Assembly (NCBI GenBank): GCA_048571215.1
Contig: CP182352.1
Location: forward strand, 544,001-608,000
Reading direction: 5' to 3'
DNA: 64,000 bases
DNA from: Halarcobacter sp.
Lineage (GTDB): Bacteria; Campylobacterota; Campylobacteria; Campylobacterales; Arcobacteraceae
The notes beneath the pieces are model-generated. The model was not told the origin of the DNA, ran no database searches, and saw nothing but the letters and a program-made list of their open reading frames with translations. This document shows, one piece after another, positions 1 to 8,900 of this stretch. Position 1 is the stretch's first letter, and each line of letters starts with the position of its first letter. The position numbers and the translations under genes are program-made.

Positions 1-1
1 G

Positions 2-145
2 ATTGATAAATCTATTGAGATTAATTTATTGATAAAAAAATTATATTCAGAATCAGAATATAAGCAAGCTCAAGAAACTATTGCATATAAGATTATGAAG
101 AGGAATATTATGTTAAATAAAGGTTTAGAATGTATAGTGCACTAG
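2..145 (+). CDS. 3' end of an upstream ORF (partial), possibly the T1SS outer-membrane component
   Basis: Open frame from the window edge (IDKSIEINLLIKKLYSESEYKQ...GLECIVH*) overlapping the HlyB start. Product guessed only from operon position. Confidence 0.4.
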   Translation: MDKSIEINLLIKKLYSESEYKQAQETIAYKIMKRNIMLNKGLECIVH

Positions 146-2226
146 TTGCTTTAGAAGTAGTAGGACAGTTAAATAAAATAGCAGTTGATTCAAAAGCTAT
201 AGTAAAAAGACATGCTTTAACTAATGATGAACCAGATATAAGACAACTAATACGTATAGCAAAAGAGGAAGGATTTAAAGCAAAACTAAAAAGACTAACT
301 TTAGAAAATCTTGAAAAATATCCTCTTCCTGCAATAGCTCAATTTAATTCAAAAAAATATGTAACAATACTGAAAATAGATAAAGAAAAAGATGAACTTC
401 TTTTATATGATAAAGAAAATAATCAACCTTATATAAAAAAGTTTGATGAGTTTAAAAATGAAGTAAATAATGAAATCATAATATTAAAACATAAAACTTT
501 TAACGAACAAATAAGATTTGGTTTTATGTGGTTTTATAAACAAATAATGAATTATAAAAAAATAGTAGGTGAGATATTACTTGCTTCCTTTGTAATACAA
601 CTATTTGGACTTGTTGTTCCATTATTTACCCAAGTTATATTAGATAAAGTACTTGTACATCAAAGTTTAAGTACTCTAAATGTCATTGCAGTTGCTTTTA
701 TGGCGGTTATAATTTTTGAACTTCTTTTAAATCTGGTTCGAAACTATATATTTATACATACAACTTCAAAAATAGATGCAAGGCTTGGTTCTAAACTCTT
801 TTTCCATCTAATTTCACTTCCACTTGTGTACTTTGAACATAGAAAAGTGGGAAATATTATTGCAAGAGTAAGAGAACTTGACCAAATAAGAGAATTTATA
901 GCAAATAAATCTGTAACAGTTATATTAGATGTATTATTCTCCTTTGTATTTGTGATAATGATGTTTATATATAGTGTAAAATTAGCTTTTATTGCTATAG
1001 GTTTTGTATCAATTATTTCACTGCTTTATTTTTTTATAACTCCAGAGCTTAGACGAAGACTAGAAGAGAAATTTCAAATGGGAGCTGCTTCAAACTCATA
1101 TTTAGTTGAATCTGTAACTGGCATGCAAACTGTTAAGTCTTTAGCTATCGAAGGAAGTATGCAAAAAAGATGGGAAGATAACCTTGCAAACTATGTTCAA
1201 TCAGGATTTAAACTAACAAACCTTTCAAATAATTTATCGGGCTTTACAACTATGTTTCAAAAGTTAATGACCTTATCTATTCTATATTTTGGAGTAGATT
1301 TAGTAATAGGTCAGCAACTTAGTGTTGGTCAGCTTATTGCTTTTCAAATGTTTGCAAATCAATTCTCAGGACCAATTATAAGATTAGTTGGACTTTGGAA
1401 TGAATTTCAACAAACTTTATTATCAGTAGATAGATTAGGTGATATATTAAATACCCCAACAGAAAATGTAAATAAAAAAGCAATAAGCCTACCAAAACTT
1501 CATGGAGAGGTAAGATTTGAAGATATTTGCTTTCAATACAATCCAAATTCTCCACAGGTACTAAATAATTTTACACTAAAAGTTAATCCTGGTGAAAGTG
1601 TAGGCTTAGTTGGACGTAGTGGAAGCGGGAAAAGTACATTGACAAAATTGATACAAAGATTATATATAGCTTCAAAAGGAGCAATATATATAGATGGTGT
1701 TGATATAAGACATATGAATCCCGTATGGCTTAGACAAAATATTGGGGTAGTGCTTCAAGATAACTATCTATTTAGTGGAAGTATAAAAGAGAATATTGAA
1801 TATGCTATGCCAGGAGCTCCTATAGAGAGAATAATTCAAGTATCAAAGATAGCAGGTGCAGATGAATTTATCTCAGAACTTCCTGAAGGTTACGATACTT
1901 TAGTAGGAGAAAGAGGTTCTTCCCTTTCAGGTGGTCAAAAACAAAGAGTCGCAATAGCAAGAGCACTTTTATCAAATCCAAAAATTCTAATCTTTGATGA
2001 AGCAACTTCGGCACTTGATTATGAATCAGAAAAAATTATCCAAAACAATATGCAAAATATAAAAAAAGGTAGAACTATGTTTGTTGTTGCACATAGACTT
2101 TCTACTGTAAAAGATTGTGACAAAATAGTTGTGATGGATAAAGGAAATATAGTAGAGCTTGGAAATCATGATGAGCTTATGAATAAAAAAGCTTACTACT
2201 ATAACTTATATGTTAGTCAAGGTTAA
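130..2226 (+). CDS. hlyB: Type I secretion ABC transporter/permease, HlyB family, with N-terminal C39-like domain
   Basis: Walker A GRSGSGKST, signature LSGGQKQR, Walker B ILIFDEATSALD, AHRL switch, TM domain. The N-terminal domain lacks a catalytic Cys, as in HlyB. Confidence 0.93.
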   Translation: MYSALVALEVVGQLNKIAVDSKAIVKRHALTNDEPDIRQLIRIAKEEGFKAKLKRLTLENLEKYPLPAIAQFNSKKYVTILKIDKEKDELLLYDKENNQPYIKKFDEFKNEVNNEIIILKHKTFNEQIRFGFMWFYKQIMNYKKIVGEILLASFVIQLFGLVVPLFTQVILDKVLVHQSLSTLNVIAVAFMAVIIFELLLNLVRNYIFIHTTSKIDARLGSKLFFHLISLPLVYFEHRKVGNIIARVRELDQIREFIANKSVTVILDVLFSFVFVIMMFIYSVKLAFIAIGFVSIISLLYFFITPELRRRLEEKFQMGAASNSYLVESVTGMQTVKSLAIEGSMQKRWEDNLANYVQSGFKLTNLSNNLSGFTTMFQKLMTLSILYFGVDLVIGQQLSVGQLIAFQMFANQFSGPIIRLVGLWNEFQQTLLSVDRLGDILNTPTENVNKKAISLPKLHGEVRFEDICFQYNPNSPQVLNNFTLKVNPGESVGLVGRSGSGKSTLTKLIQRLYIASKGAIYIDGVDIRHMNPVWLRQNIGVVLQDNYLFSGSIKENIEYAMPGAPIERIIQVSKIAGADEFISELPEGYDTLVGERGSSLSGGQKQRVAIARALLSNPKILIFDEATSALDYESEKIIQNNMQNIKKGRTMFVVAHRLSTVKDCDKIVVMDKGNIVELGNHDELMNKKAYYYNLYVSQG

Positions 2227-2229
2227 AGT

Positions 2230-3552
2230 ATGATGTTAAAAAAGATATTTAAAAAAGAAAAAATAAAAGATATACATGAATTTCATCCTTTAATAGTTGA
2301 AATAGAAGATAGACCTATAAATCCAGTAGGAAGAACTATACTTTGGATTGTATTTGCTATTATCTTCTTTGGGATAGCATGGTTAGTTTTTGCAAAAGTT
2401 GATGTGGTAGTTAGTGCTAGAGGAAAAGTGATCCCAACAGGGGAGATAAAAATTCTTCAACCAATAGAAACAGGAGTTATCTCTAAAATACTTATTAAAG
2501 AAGGGGATTATGTAAAAAAGGGTCAAGTTCTAATGCAAATAGACCCAAGTGTTACCCAAACAAGTTTAGACTCCAAACAAAAAGATTTAGAAGTTTTAAA
2601 CTTACAAATACAAAGATTAGAAGCACTTATTCAAGATAAACCTTTGATTATGAAAGATAGTTCTTTGGAAGGTTTAGAACAACAAAGGGTTTATACTATT
2701 CAAAAAGATTCCCTAGAAGAGGGAATTTTAAGATATGATATGAAACTTTCTCAAGCAAATTCTCAATACCAATCTTCTTTATCAGAAAAAATGAGACTAT
2801 CTTCACTTTTAGATAAAGACTTACAAAGAGCAAAAAAATTAGAATCAGTTTTAGATATCATCGCAAGAAAAGATTATGATGAACTCCAAAAAAATATAGG
2901 TAACTTAGAAGAACAAGTAAATATTGCAAGATTTAAGATTAATGAAACTTCAAAAAGAATAAGTGAACTAAAAAAAGAGAAACTATCTTTTATAAATGAG
3001 TTTAAAGATAATAAATATCAAGAATTGTTGAGTTTAAAAAAAGAGCTAAGAACCTTAGAATCTCAAATAAATGCAATAAACTTCCAAAACCAAAAACAAG
3101 CAATAGTATCACCAGAAGATGGATATGTAGCAAAACTGATGATAAACACTGTAGGAGGAGTAGTAACCCCAGCAGAAAAACTAATCTCAATAGTCCCAAA
3201 AGACTCTCCTCTTATAGTAAAAGCAAATGTGCTAAATCAAGACATAGGATTTATAAAAAAAGGAATGGAGAGTAAAATCAAGATAGATACCTTTAACTTT
3301 CAAAAATATGGCTTCTTTGAAGGAAATGTAATAAATATAGGAAACTTTTCGATAGATGATGAAAAACTAGGAGCTATCTATGAAGTAAAAATCAAACCAA
3401 ATGGAAAAAGACTTTTAGTAGAAGGCAAAAAAAGATATCTAGAAGCAGGTATGAGTGTAACAGCCGAGATAAAAGTTGGTAAAAGACGTGTGATTGAGTT
3501 TTTTATCTATCCTATCATCAAGTATCTTGATGAAGGTTTGAGTGTGAGGTAA
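2230..3552 (+). CDS. hlyD: HlyD family T1SS membrane fusion protein
   Basis: N-terminal TM, VKEGDxVKKGQVL lipoyl-like motif, coiled coil, GMSVTAEIKVGKRRVIEF C-terminus; adjacent to hlyB. Confidence 0.92.
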   Translation: MMLKKIFKKEKIKDIHEFHPLIVEIEDRPINPVGRTILWIVFAIIFFGIAWLVFAKVDVVVSARGKVIPTGEIKILQPIETGVISKILIKEGDYVKKGQVLMQIDPSVTQTSLDSKQKDLEVLNLQIQRLEALIQDKPLIMKDSSLEGLEQQRVYTIQKDSLEEGILRYDMKLSQANSQYQSSLSEKMRLSSLLDKDLQRAKKLESVLDIIARKDYDELQKNIGNLEEQVNIARFKINETSKRISELKKEKLSFINEFKDNKYQELLSLKKELRTLESQINAINFQNQKQAIVSPEDGYVAKLMINTVGGVVTPAEKLISIVPKDSPLIVKANVLNQDIGFIKKGMESKIKIDTFNFQKYGFFEGNVINIGNFSIDDEKLGAIYEVKIKPNGKRLLVEGKKRYLEAGMSVTAEIKVGKRRVIEFFIYPIIKYLDEGLSVR

Positions 3553-3555
3553 AAG

Positions 3556-4326
3556 ATGAATGAACTAAAAATATCACTAATAGTCCCTTTTTATAATACA
3601 CCTATAAAATATTTTAGACAATGTCTAAATGCTCTAAAAAAACTAAATCCATATGAAGTGATACTTATAGATGATTGTTCTACAAATGAAGAAACTATAA
3701 ATGAAGCTTTAAATTCAGGGTTCAAATATCTTAAAACTCCTTATCAATCTGGATATGATGGTTTACCTTTAAATATTGGAGTACAAAATGCAACAGGAGA
3801 ATATATATGTAGAATTGATTCAGATGATATTTTACTAGAACTTCCAAAAGTTATGAATACTGATATTTGTTTTGGAATACAAGATAGAGTTATGCCAGCT
3901 ACAAATATCTCACTTGAAGAGTTAATCTTAGGTCCAAGAGCTATTTGCAATGCCTTAGTTGCAAAAAAAGAGATATTTTTAAAACACCCTTTCGCAATAG
4001 ATTCAAATGTATATGGGGATATACTTTTTGTACTTCAACTTTTGTATAACAAATATAGCTTTAGAACCTTTGAAAGGGTAAATTATATATATACAAAAAG
4101 AAAAGACTCTATACAAAGTTCAAAAACACCTTTATACCATAGATTAACCCATATTCAAACAGTAGCTAGACTATGTCAACTAGAAAATATAAATCATACA
4201 GAATCAATACATTTGTTAAATCTTGCAATGTTAAATTTTAAGTATGGAAGTAAAGCTTTAAAATATTTAAAACAACAAAACAACAAAAATAATGCCTCAA
4301 AGGATAAACCACTACTTTTGAGTTAA
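3556..4326 (+). CDS. Glycosyltransferase family 2
   Basis: ISLIVPFYN...EVILIDDCST...GEYICRIDSDD GT-A motifs; starts 3 bp after the hlyD stop. Confidence 0.85.
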   Translation: MNELKISLIVPFYNTPIKYFRQCLNALKKLNPYEVILIDDCSTNEETINEALNSGFKYLKTPYQSGYDGLPLNIGVQNATGEYICRIDSDDILLELPKVMNTDICFGIQDRVMPATNISLEELILGPRAICNALVAKKEIFLKHPFAIDSNVYGDILFVLQLLYNKYSFRTFERVNYIYTKRKDSIQSSKTPLYHRLTHIQTVARLCQLENINHTESIHLLNLAMLNFKYGSKALKYLKQQNNKNNASKDKPLLLS

Positions 4327-4336
4327 AAAATATAAG

Positions 4337-4381
4337 TCAATAAATTAAAGTTTCTAAAAAAAGAGATTTTAATTTGTAGAT
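4337..4381. repeat. ~45-bp hairpin-forming direct repeat, copy 1 (copy 2 at 5243-5286)
   Basis: TCAATAAATTAAAGTTTCTA-n-AGAGATTTTAATTTGTAGAT occurs twice; the arms pair with G:U wobble. Confidence 0.8.
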
Positions 4382-4407
4382 TATATGTAAAAAACAAAGG
4401 TAAAAAG

Positions 4408-4546
4408 ATGCCCACAAGATTAAGAGTAGATTTTGCAGGATATCATCATGTAATAAATAGAGGAGTAAATAGATGTGATGTTTTTAATCATGCAAATGAT
4501 AAAGATATGTTTTTGAAAAAGTGGAGATTCATCCTCTGAGGTGTAA
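4408..4546 (+). pseudogene. Remnant of a REP-associated tyrosine (Y1/HUH, IS200-like) transposase
   Basis: ATG 4408 gives MPTRLRVDFAGYHHVINRGVNRCDVFNHANDKDMFL, matching the RAYT N-terminal pattern (H-V-x-x-R-G...F...D...FL). Stops at 4539 inside repeat R1; no HUH or catalytic Tyr. Confidence 0.75.
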
Positions 4547-4549
4547 TTT
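4516..4549 (+). repeat. Motif R1 (AAAGTGGAGATTCATCCTCTGAGGTGTAATTT), followed by two extra GGGGTGTAATTT copies to ~4578
   Basis: Near-identical to the reverse complement of 5194-5221 and to the direct copy at 5385-5419. Confidence 0.85.
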
Positions 4550-4628
4550 ATGGGGTGTAATTTTGGGGTGTAATTTTTGGTTTAGAGTAAAGTATTAATT
4601 AATAAAAAAACAAAAAAAGGAGAAAAAA

Positions 4629-5145
4629 ATGGGATTTGTGAATGAGTATGCCTCTCAAGAGGATATTAAACAGTATGGGTTAGAAAAGTTATGGGAAAAA
4701 TATGAGAATGGATTTAAGGTATTTCCATCAACACGAACTAGTTTAACTATTGATAGAGAGAGAAATATTTTTAATGTATGTTAATAACATGCGTGCTGAA
4801 GGTGAAGATAGAATGCAAGGACCTGAAAGTGTTTGGGTACTTTATTATCAAGGAGAAGATATAGAAGTAAGACTGAATCGTTCTCCTGAAAGTATAGCTC
4901 CAAGCGGTCCATTAATGGAAGTGTTAAATGAAAAAAGACGTGCTCTTGAAGAGGGGAAAGTATACGATCATGTAATTATAAAAAAAGTTTGGGATTTACT
5001 TTCAATAAATCCTACTCATACAAAAGATATTACTAAAGAAGAATTAAAACAAATCATTAAAGAAGCTTTAATCGTTTATGGTCGTGCTGGTACAAGAAAT
5101 AAACCTTTATTACTTGAAAATACAGTAGTGCAATGCAATTGGTAG
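4629..5145 (+). pseudogene. Frameshifted paralog of the 5495-5974 gene (putative immunity protein)
   Basis: AGGAG RBS and ATG 4629 give MGFVNEYASQEDIKQY...TIDRER; the reading continues in another frame (EIFLM...WVLYYQGEDIEVRL...IIKEALIVYG). Adding 2 bp to the (AG)4 tract near 4755-4762 restores one ORF colinear with the paralog. Confidence 0.8.
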
Positions 5146-5154
5146 GAGCATATT

Positions 5155-5196
5155 ATGAGTTTTAATTATGATGATGCTCTTAAAGAGATTAAGTAA
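5155..5196 (+). pseudogene. 13-codon stub resembling the N-terminus of the giant RTX protein
   Basis: GGAG RBS, then MSFNYDDALKEIK* versus MALSYEEAVELLKG at 5978. Same position relative to its upstream gene; ends at motif R2. Confidence 0.55.
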
Positions 5197-5221
5197 CACC
5201 CAGAAGATGAATCTCCACTTT
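5194..5221 (-). repeat. Motif R2, inverted copy of R1
   Basis: Reverse complement reads AAAGTGGAGATTCATCTTCTGGGTGTTA. Confidence 0.85.
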
Positions 5222-5242
5222 AAAAGTAAAGAATATAGAAAA

Positions 5243-5286
5243 TCAATAAATTAAAGTTTCTAGCTGAGAGATTTTAATTTGTAGAT
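5243..5286. repeat. ~45-bp hairpin direct repeat, copy 2
   Basis: TCAATAAATTAAAGTTTCTAGCTGAGAGATTTTAATTTGTAGAT; differs from copy 1 in the loop region. Confidence 0.8.
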
Positions 5287-5384
5287 AAAGTAAATAAAAA
5301 GTAGTTTTAAGATGTTTATACAGATTTATCCTTTTTGTGTGAGTTGATGAATAAAAGAAGATGTATCAATTTAGAGAAAAAGAT

Positions 5385-5419
5385 AAAAAAGTGGAGGTTC
5401 ATTTTCTGGGGTGTAATTT
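5385..5419 (+). repeat. Motif R3, direct copy of R1
   Basis: AAAGTGGAGGTTCATTTTCTGGGGTGTAATTT. Confidence 0.8.
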
Positions 5420-5494
5420 GTGTAGATAATTTATCTACTTAGTTTGAAGTAAAAAGTTAAATAATAAAAGAATTAAAAAAAAAGGAGAAAAAAG

Positions 5495-5974
5495 ATGGCA
5501 TTTGTAAATGAGTATATGACTGAAGAGGATATTGAGAAGTACCAATATTTTGAATTAAAAAGTAAATACACAGGGAAAGAAGTAAATAGAAAGACCAGTC
5601 CTCATAGTAAACCATATTGGGTAATAGATAGAGAGAGAGATGTTTGGTTCATAAAAATTACATTCGTAGGTGATCCAAGCTGGAATGGTTTACAAACAAC
5701 AGGAGAAGAGATATGGATACTACACTATAAAGGAACCAATATAGAAGTAAGGTTGTTTCGACCACTAAGAGAAGGAAGTATAAAATTTACAGATAGACCC
5801 TTTATAAAAATCTGGGAGTTGCTTTCTATAACTCCTGAATCTTTAAATGAAATAAGCAATAAAGAATTAAGAGAACTTATAAAAGAAGCTTTAACAGTTT
5901 TTGGTCAACACGGTATGATTTCTAGTGTTGAGCAAAAAGATATGAATATTATATTTAGAAATTTTGAGGGGTAA
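5495..5974 (+). CDS. Hypothetical protein, putative immunity/partner protein of the downstream RTX protein
   Basis: AGGAG RBS; 159 aa, no signal peptide or TM; stop 3 bp before the RTX start; paralog upstream. Function is inferred. Confidence 0.7.
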   Translation: MAFVNEYMTEEDIEKYQYFELKSKYTGKEVNRKTSPHSKPYWVIDRERDVWFIKITFVGDPSWNGLQTTGEEIWILHYKGTNIEVRLFRPLREGSIKFTDRPFIKIWELLSITPESLNEISNKELRELIKEALTVFGQHGMISSVEQKDMNIIFRNFEG

Positions 5975-5977
5975 AAT

Positions 5978-8900
5978 ATGGCACTAAGTTATGAAGAAGC
6001 AGTAGAACTATTAAAAGGTTTTGATTCAAAGGAAAAGTTAAGTGAACTCATTAAAAACCTTGATGTAGATGCAGATGGTGATAAAACTATCCTTTATAGT
6101 GGTTATAATCTTAATGATTCTAAAGATAAAGCTATACTTGATGCCTTGATAAATGATCCAAATAATAGAATTTTAGATAAAACAGATGCTTCAAGGTTTT
6201 TAAATGAAGCACTTAATGATACTTCAGAAGTTTATAATGAATTTAAAAGAATATTAGGAGATGAACCTGATATATATGGTTCAAATGCTAATGAGTTTTT
6301 ATTTGGTAAATATGATGCAGATGGGAAGAGACTAAGTAAAGGTGCTTGGGATACTATATCAGAAAACTTTGTAAAAAAAGCACCATCAGGAAGTGAACTT
6401 GATATTTATGTTAATAAAAATGCTAAACCTGATAGGGTCTTTTTTGCAACAGAATGGGAAGTAGTAAAAGATAGTAATAAATTTACTAAAATAAATGGAT
6501 TTGATAGATCTATAATGACAAGTAATTTAACCACTAATGAAGCTTTTATGAAAATTCAAACTCTTACAGCACAAAAACAAAGAACATTAGAAGCATTAAA
6601 TAATATAGATGGTAGAAATCTAAATATTAATGATATAGATAATATGAAAATAGTACAAGTTATGAATAATACAGATGGAAAATATTCAAAATATATAGAC
6701 CTTTTCATAGAAAAAGATTTAAATACAATTGATACTAATATAAAAAAATATACAGATTCAATTAACTATAAAAGTATATTTAAAGGTTTAGGAGTAGTAG
6801 GTGATGCAATAGAAATTGGCTTTGTAATAAATCAAGTAATACAAGCATATAAAGCTGGTGATGAAGAAGGTGCTAAAGATGCTATGATTGATTGGGCTGT
6901 GGAAACTACAGGTGGTGCAGCAGGAGCTTATGTAGGAGGAGTAGTTGGAGGATTGGCTGTAGCTGCAGCAACAGTACTTGGAGTAACAGTTGCAGCACCT
7001 GCCGCATTTATTATTATTGCAGGAGCAAGTATTTATGGAGCATTTAAAGGAACAGAACTAGCAAAATACCTTTATGATGAATTTGATAATATCTATGAGC
7101 AAATGGATGATTTCGTTCAAAAACTTTCAAAACTTTCTTTCCAAAGTATTTTAGATTTGATGGGAGTTGGAAATTTAGATTTAGACAACCCAGACAACCC
7201 AAACCATAACTTCCTAGATTTAATACCAAGAATATTACGACCACCAGTAAAAATAGACCCATTAGTATTAGATACAAACAAAGATGGATTTATAACAAAT
7301 ATACCACTAGGACAATCAAATGCATACTTTGATATAACAGGGGATGGTATAAGAGAAAATATAACTTGGGTTGGAAGTGAAGATGGGATACTAGTATATG
7401 ATAAAAATCAAAATAATGTAATAGATGGAATAAGTGAAGTTTTTGGGAATGGGGGAACAAATATTTATTCTATAGGTGCATTTGGCTTTGTTCAAGATAT
7501 GGCATCATTATTAAATGGAAGTATACTAGGAACAATAGATAATAGTACCTTAAATGAATCCTTAAATGGATTTGATGAGCTAAAATTTGTAGTAGATACA
7601 AATGGGGATGGAAAAGTAGATAGAAAAGATGAACTTTATAATCAACTTCAAATATGGAATGATACAAATGGTGATGGAAGAGCTTCTAAAGATGAATTAA
7701 GCTACTTAAGTGATGCTAATATAAAATCAATAGACTTAGATTATATGAATACAAATATAGAATTAGCAGGTTTAACCCTTTCTCAAGTAGCAAGATATAC
7801 AGACTCAAATGGAGATGAAGAGTTAGCAGCAGACTTAGACTTAGAATATAATCCAATACTAACAACAGTAGATATAGAAGATATACCAGACTTTTCAGTT
7901 GACCCTATAACAAACCAACTTCCACACCTAAAAGGTTATGGACTATTGATAGATACTTTTATATCATATAATATAAATGATGAACTAAAAAATAAAGCTA
8001 TAGAACTTTCTCAAGATATATCAAAAGTAGCAACTAAGTTCGATGAGTTTATTGAAATATGGTCAGGGTATAGAGGATATATAAATAGTATAAAAGAAAA
8101 ATATAGTCTTCAAGGAGATATAGAGTTTTCAGATATAGATAAAAAAGCATGGATAGCAGAAAGATTGGTAAATACCCAAGTATATACTCCACGTATAGAA
8201 AAAGAGTTTGAGGATATATGTAAAGATTATAAAGAGAAAGATGTAAGTGATGTAATAGTTAAAACAATAGTTCCAAGTGGGAACTTAACAAACTATTATA
8301 ATGAATATTATCATGAAGAGTTAATACAAAGATATGAGGGAGCATTTGCATTAAATGCTTTTTATAGTTTTGAGGATTTAAATTATGATTCAACAAATGG
8401 AAGATTTATCGTAGATGATACAAAAGTAGATAGTTTTTATATTCAACTTAGTGATTATTTTAATAGTGAAAACAATTCTTTAGAAGAAAAAATTTATTTA
8501 GCAAAAATAATGAATATGCAAAGAGGTAGATTTATACTTTTTGAAGATGAAGTGATATTAGATTCAATCAATGATACTACAACGAAAGAGCTTCTCCAAA
8601 AAAGTTTTTTTCAAGATGATAGAACAATACATGTTTATGAAGATAATGTAAATCTAAATCAAGATGATGCTGTATTTATTGGTTCAAATGAAGATGAGAT
8701 TATAAAACTATCTGGGGATAATACTACAGCAATAACTTCAAAAGGTGATGATGTAATAATCTCAGCCCAAGGAGATAATAAATATATATTTAGAGCAGGA
8801 GATGGCAATGATGTTATCTATGATGTACAAGGTCATGATAGTATAGTTTTTGATGGTATTTTAAAACAAGATGTTAGTTTTTCTTATGAAAATGGAGATT

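Noticed and set aside
4510..4545. Loose resemblance of R1 to a XerH difH-type site
   Set aside because: No internal dyad symmetry, three local copies and no recombinase nearby; the similarity is short and from recall only.
4750..5145. 131-aa ORF as an independent gene
   Set aside because: TTG start without an RBS; it is the 3' part of the frameshifted gene starting at 4629.
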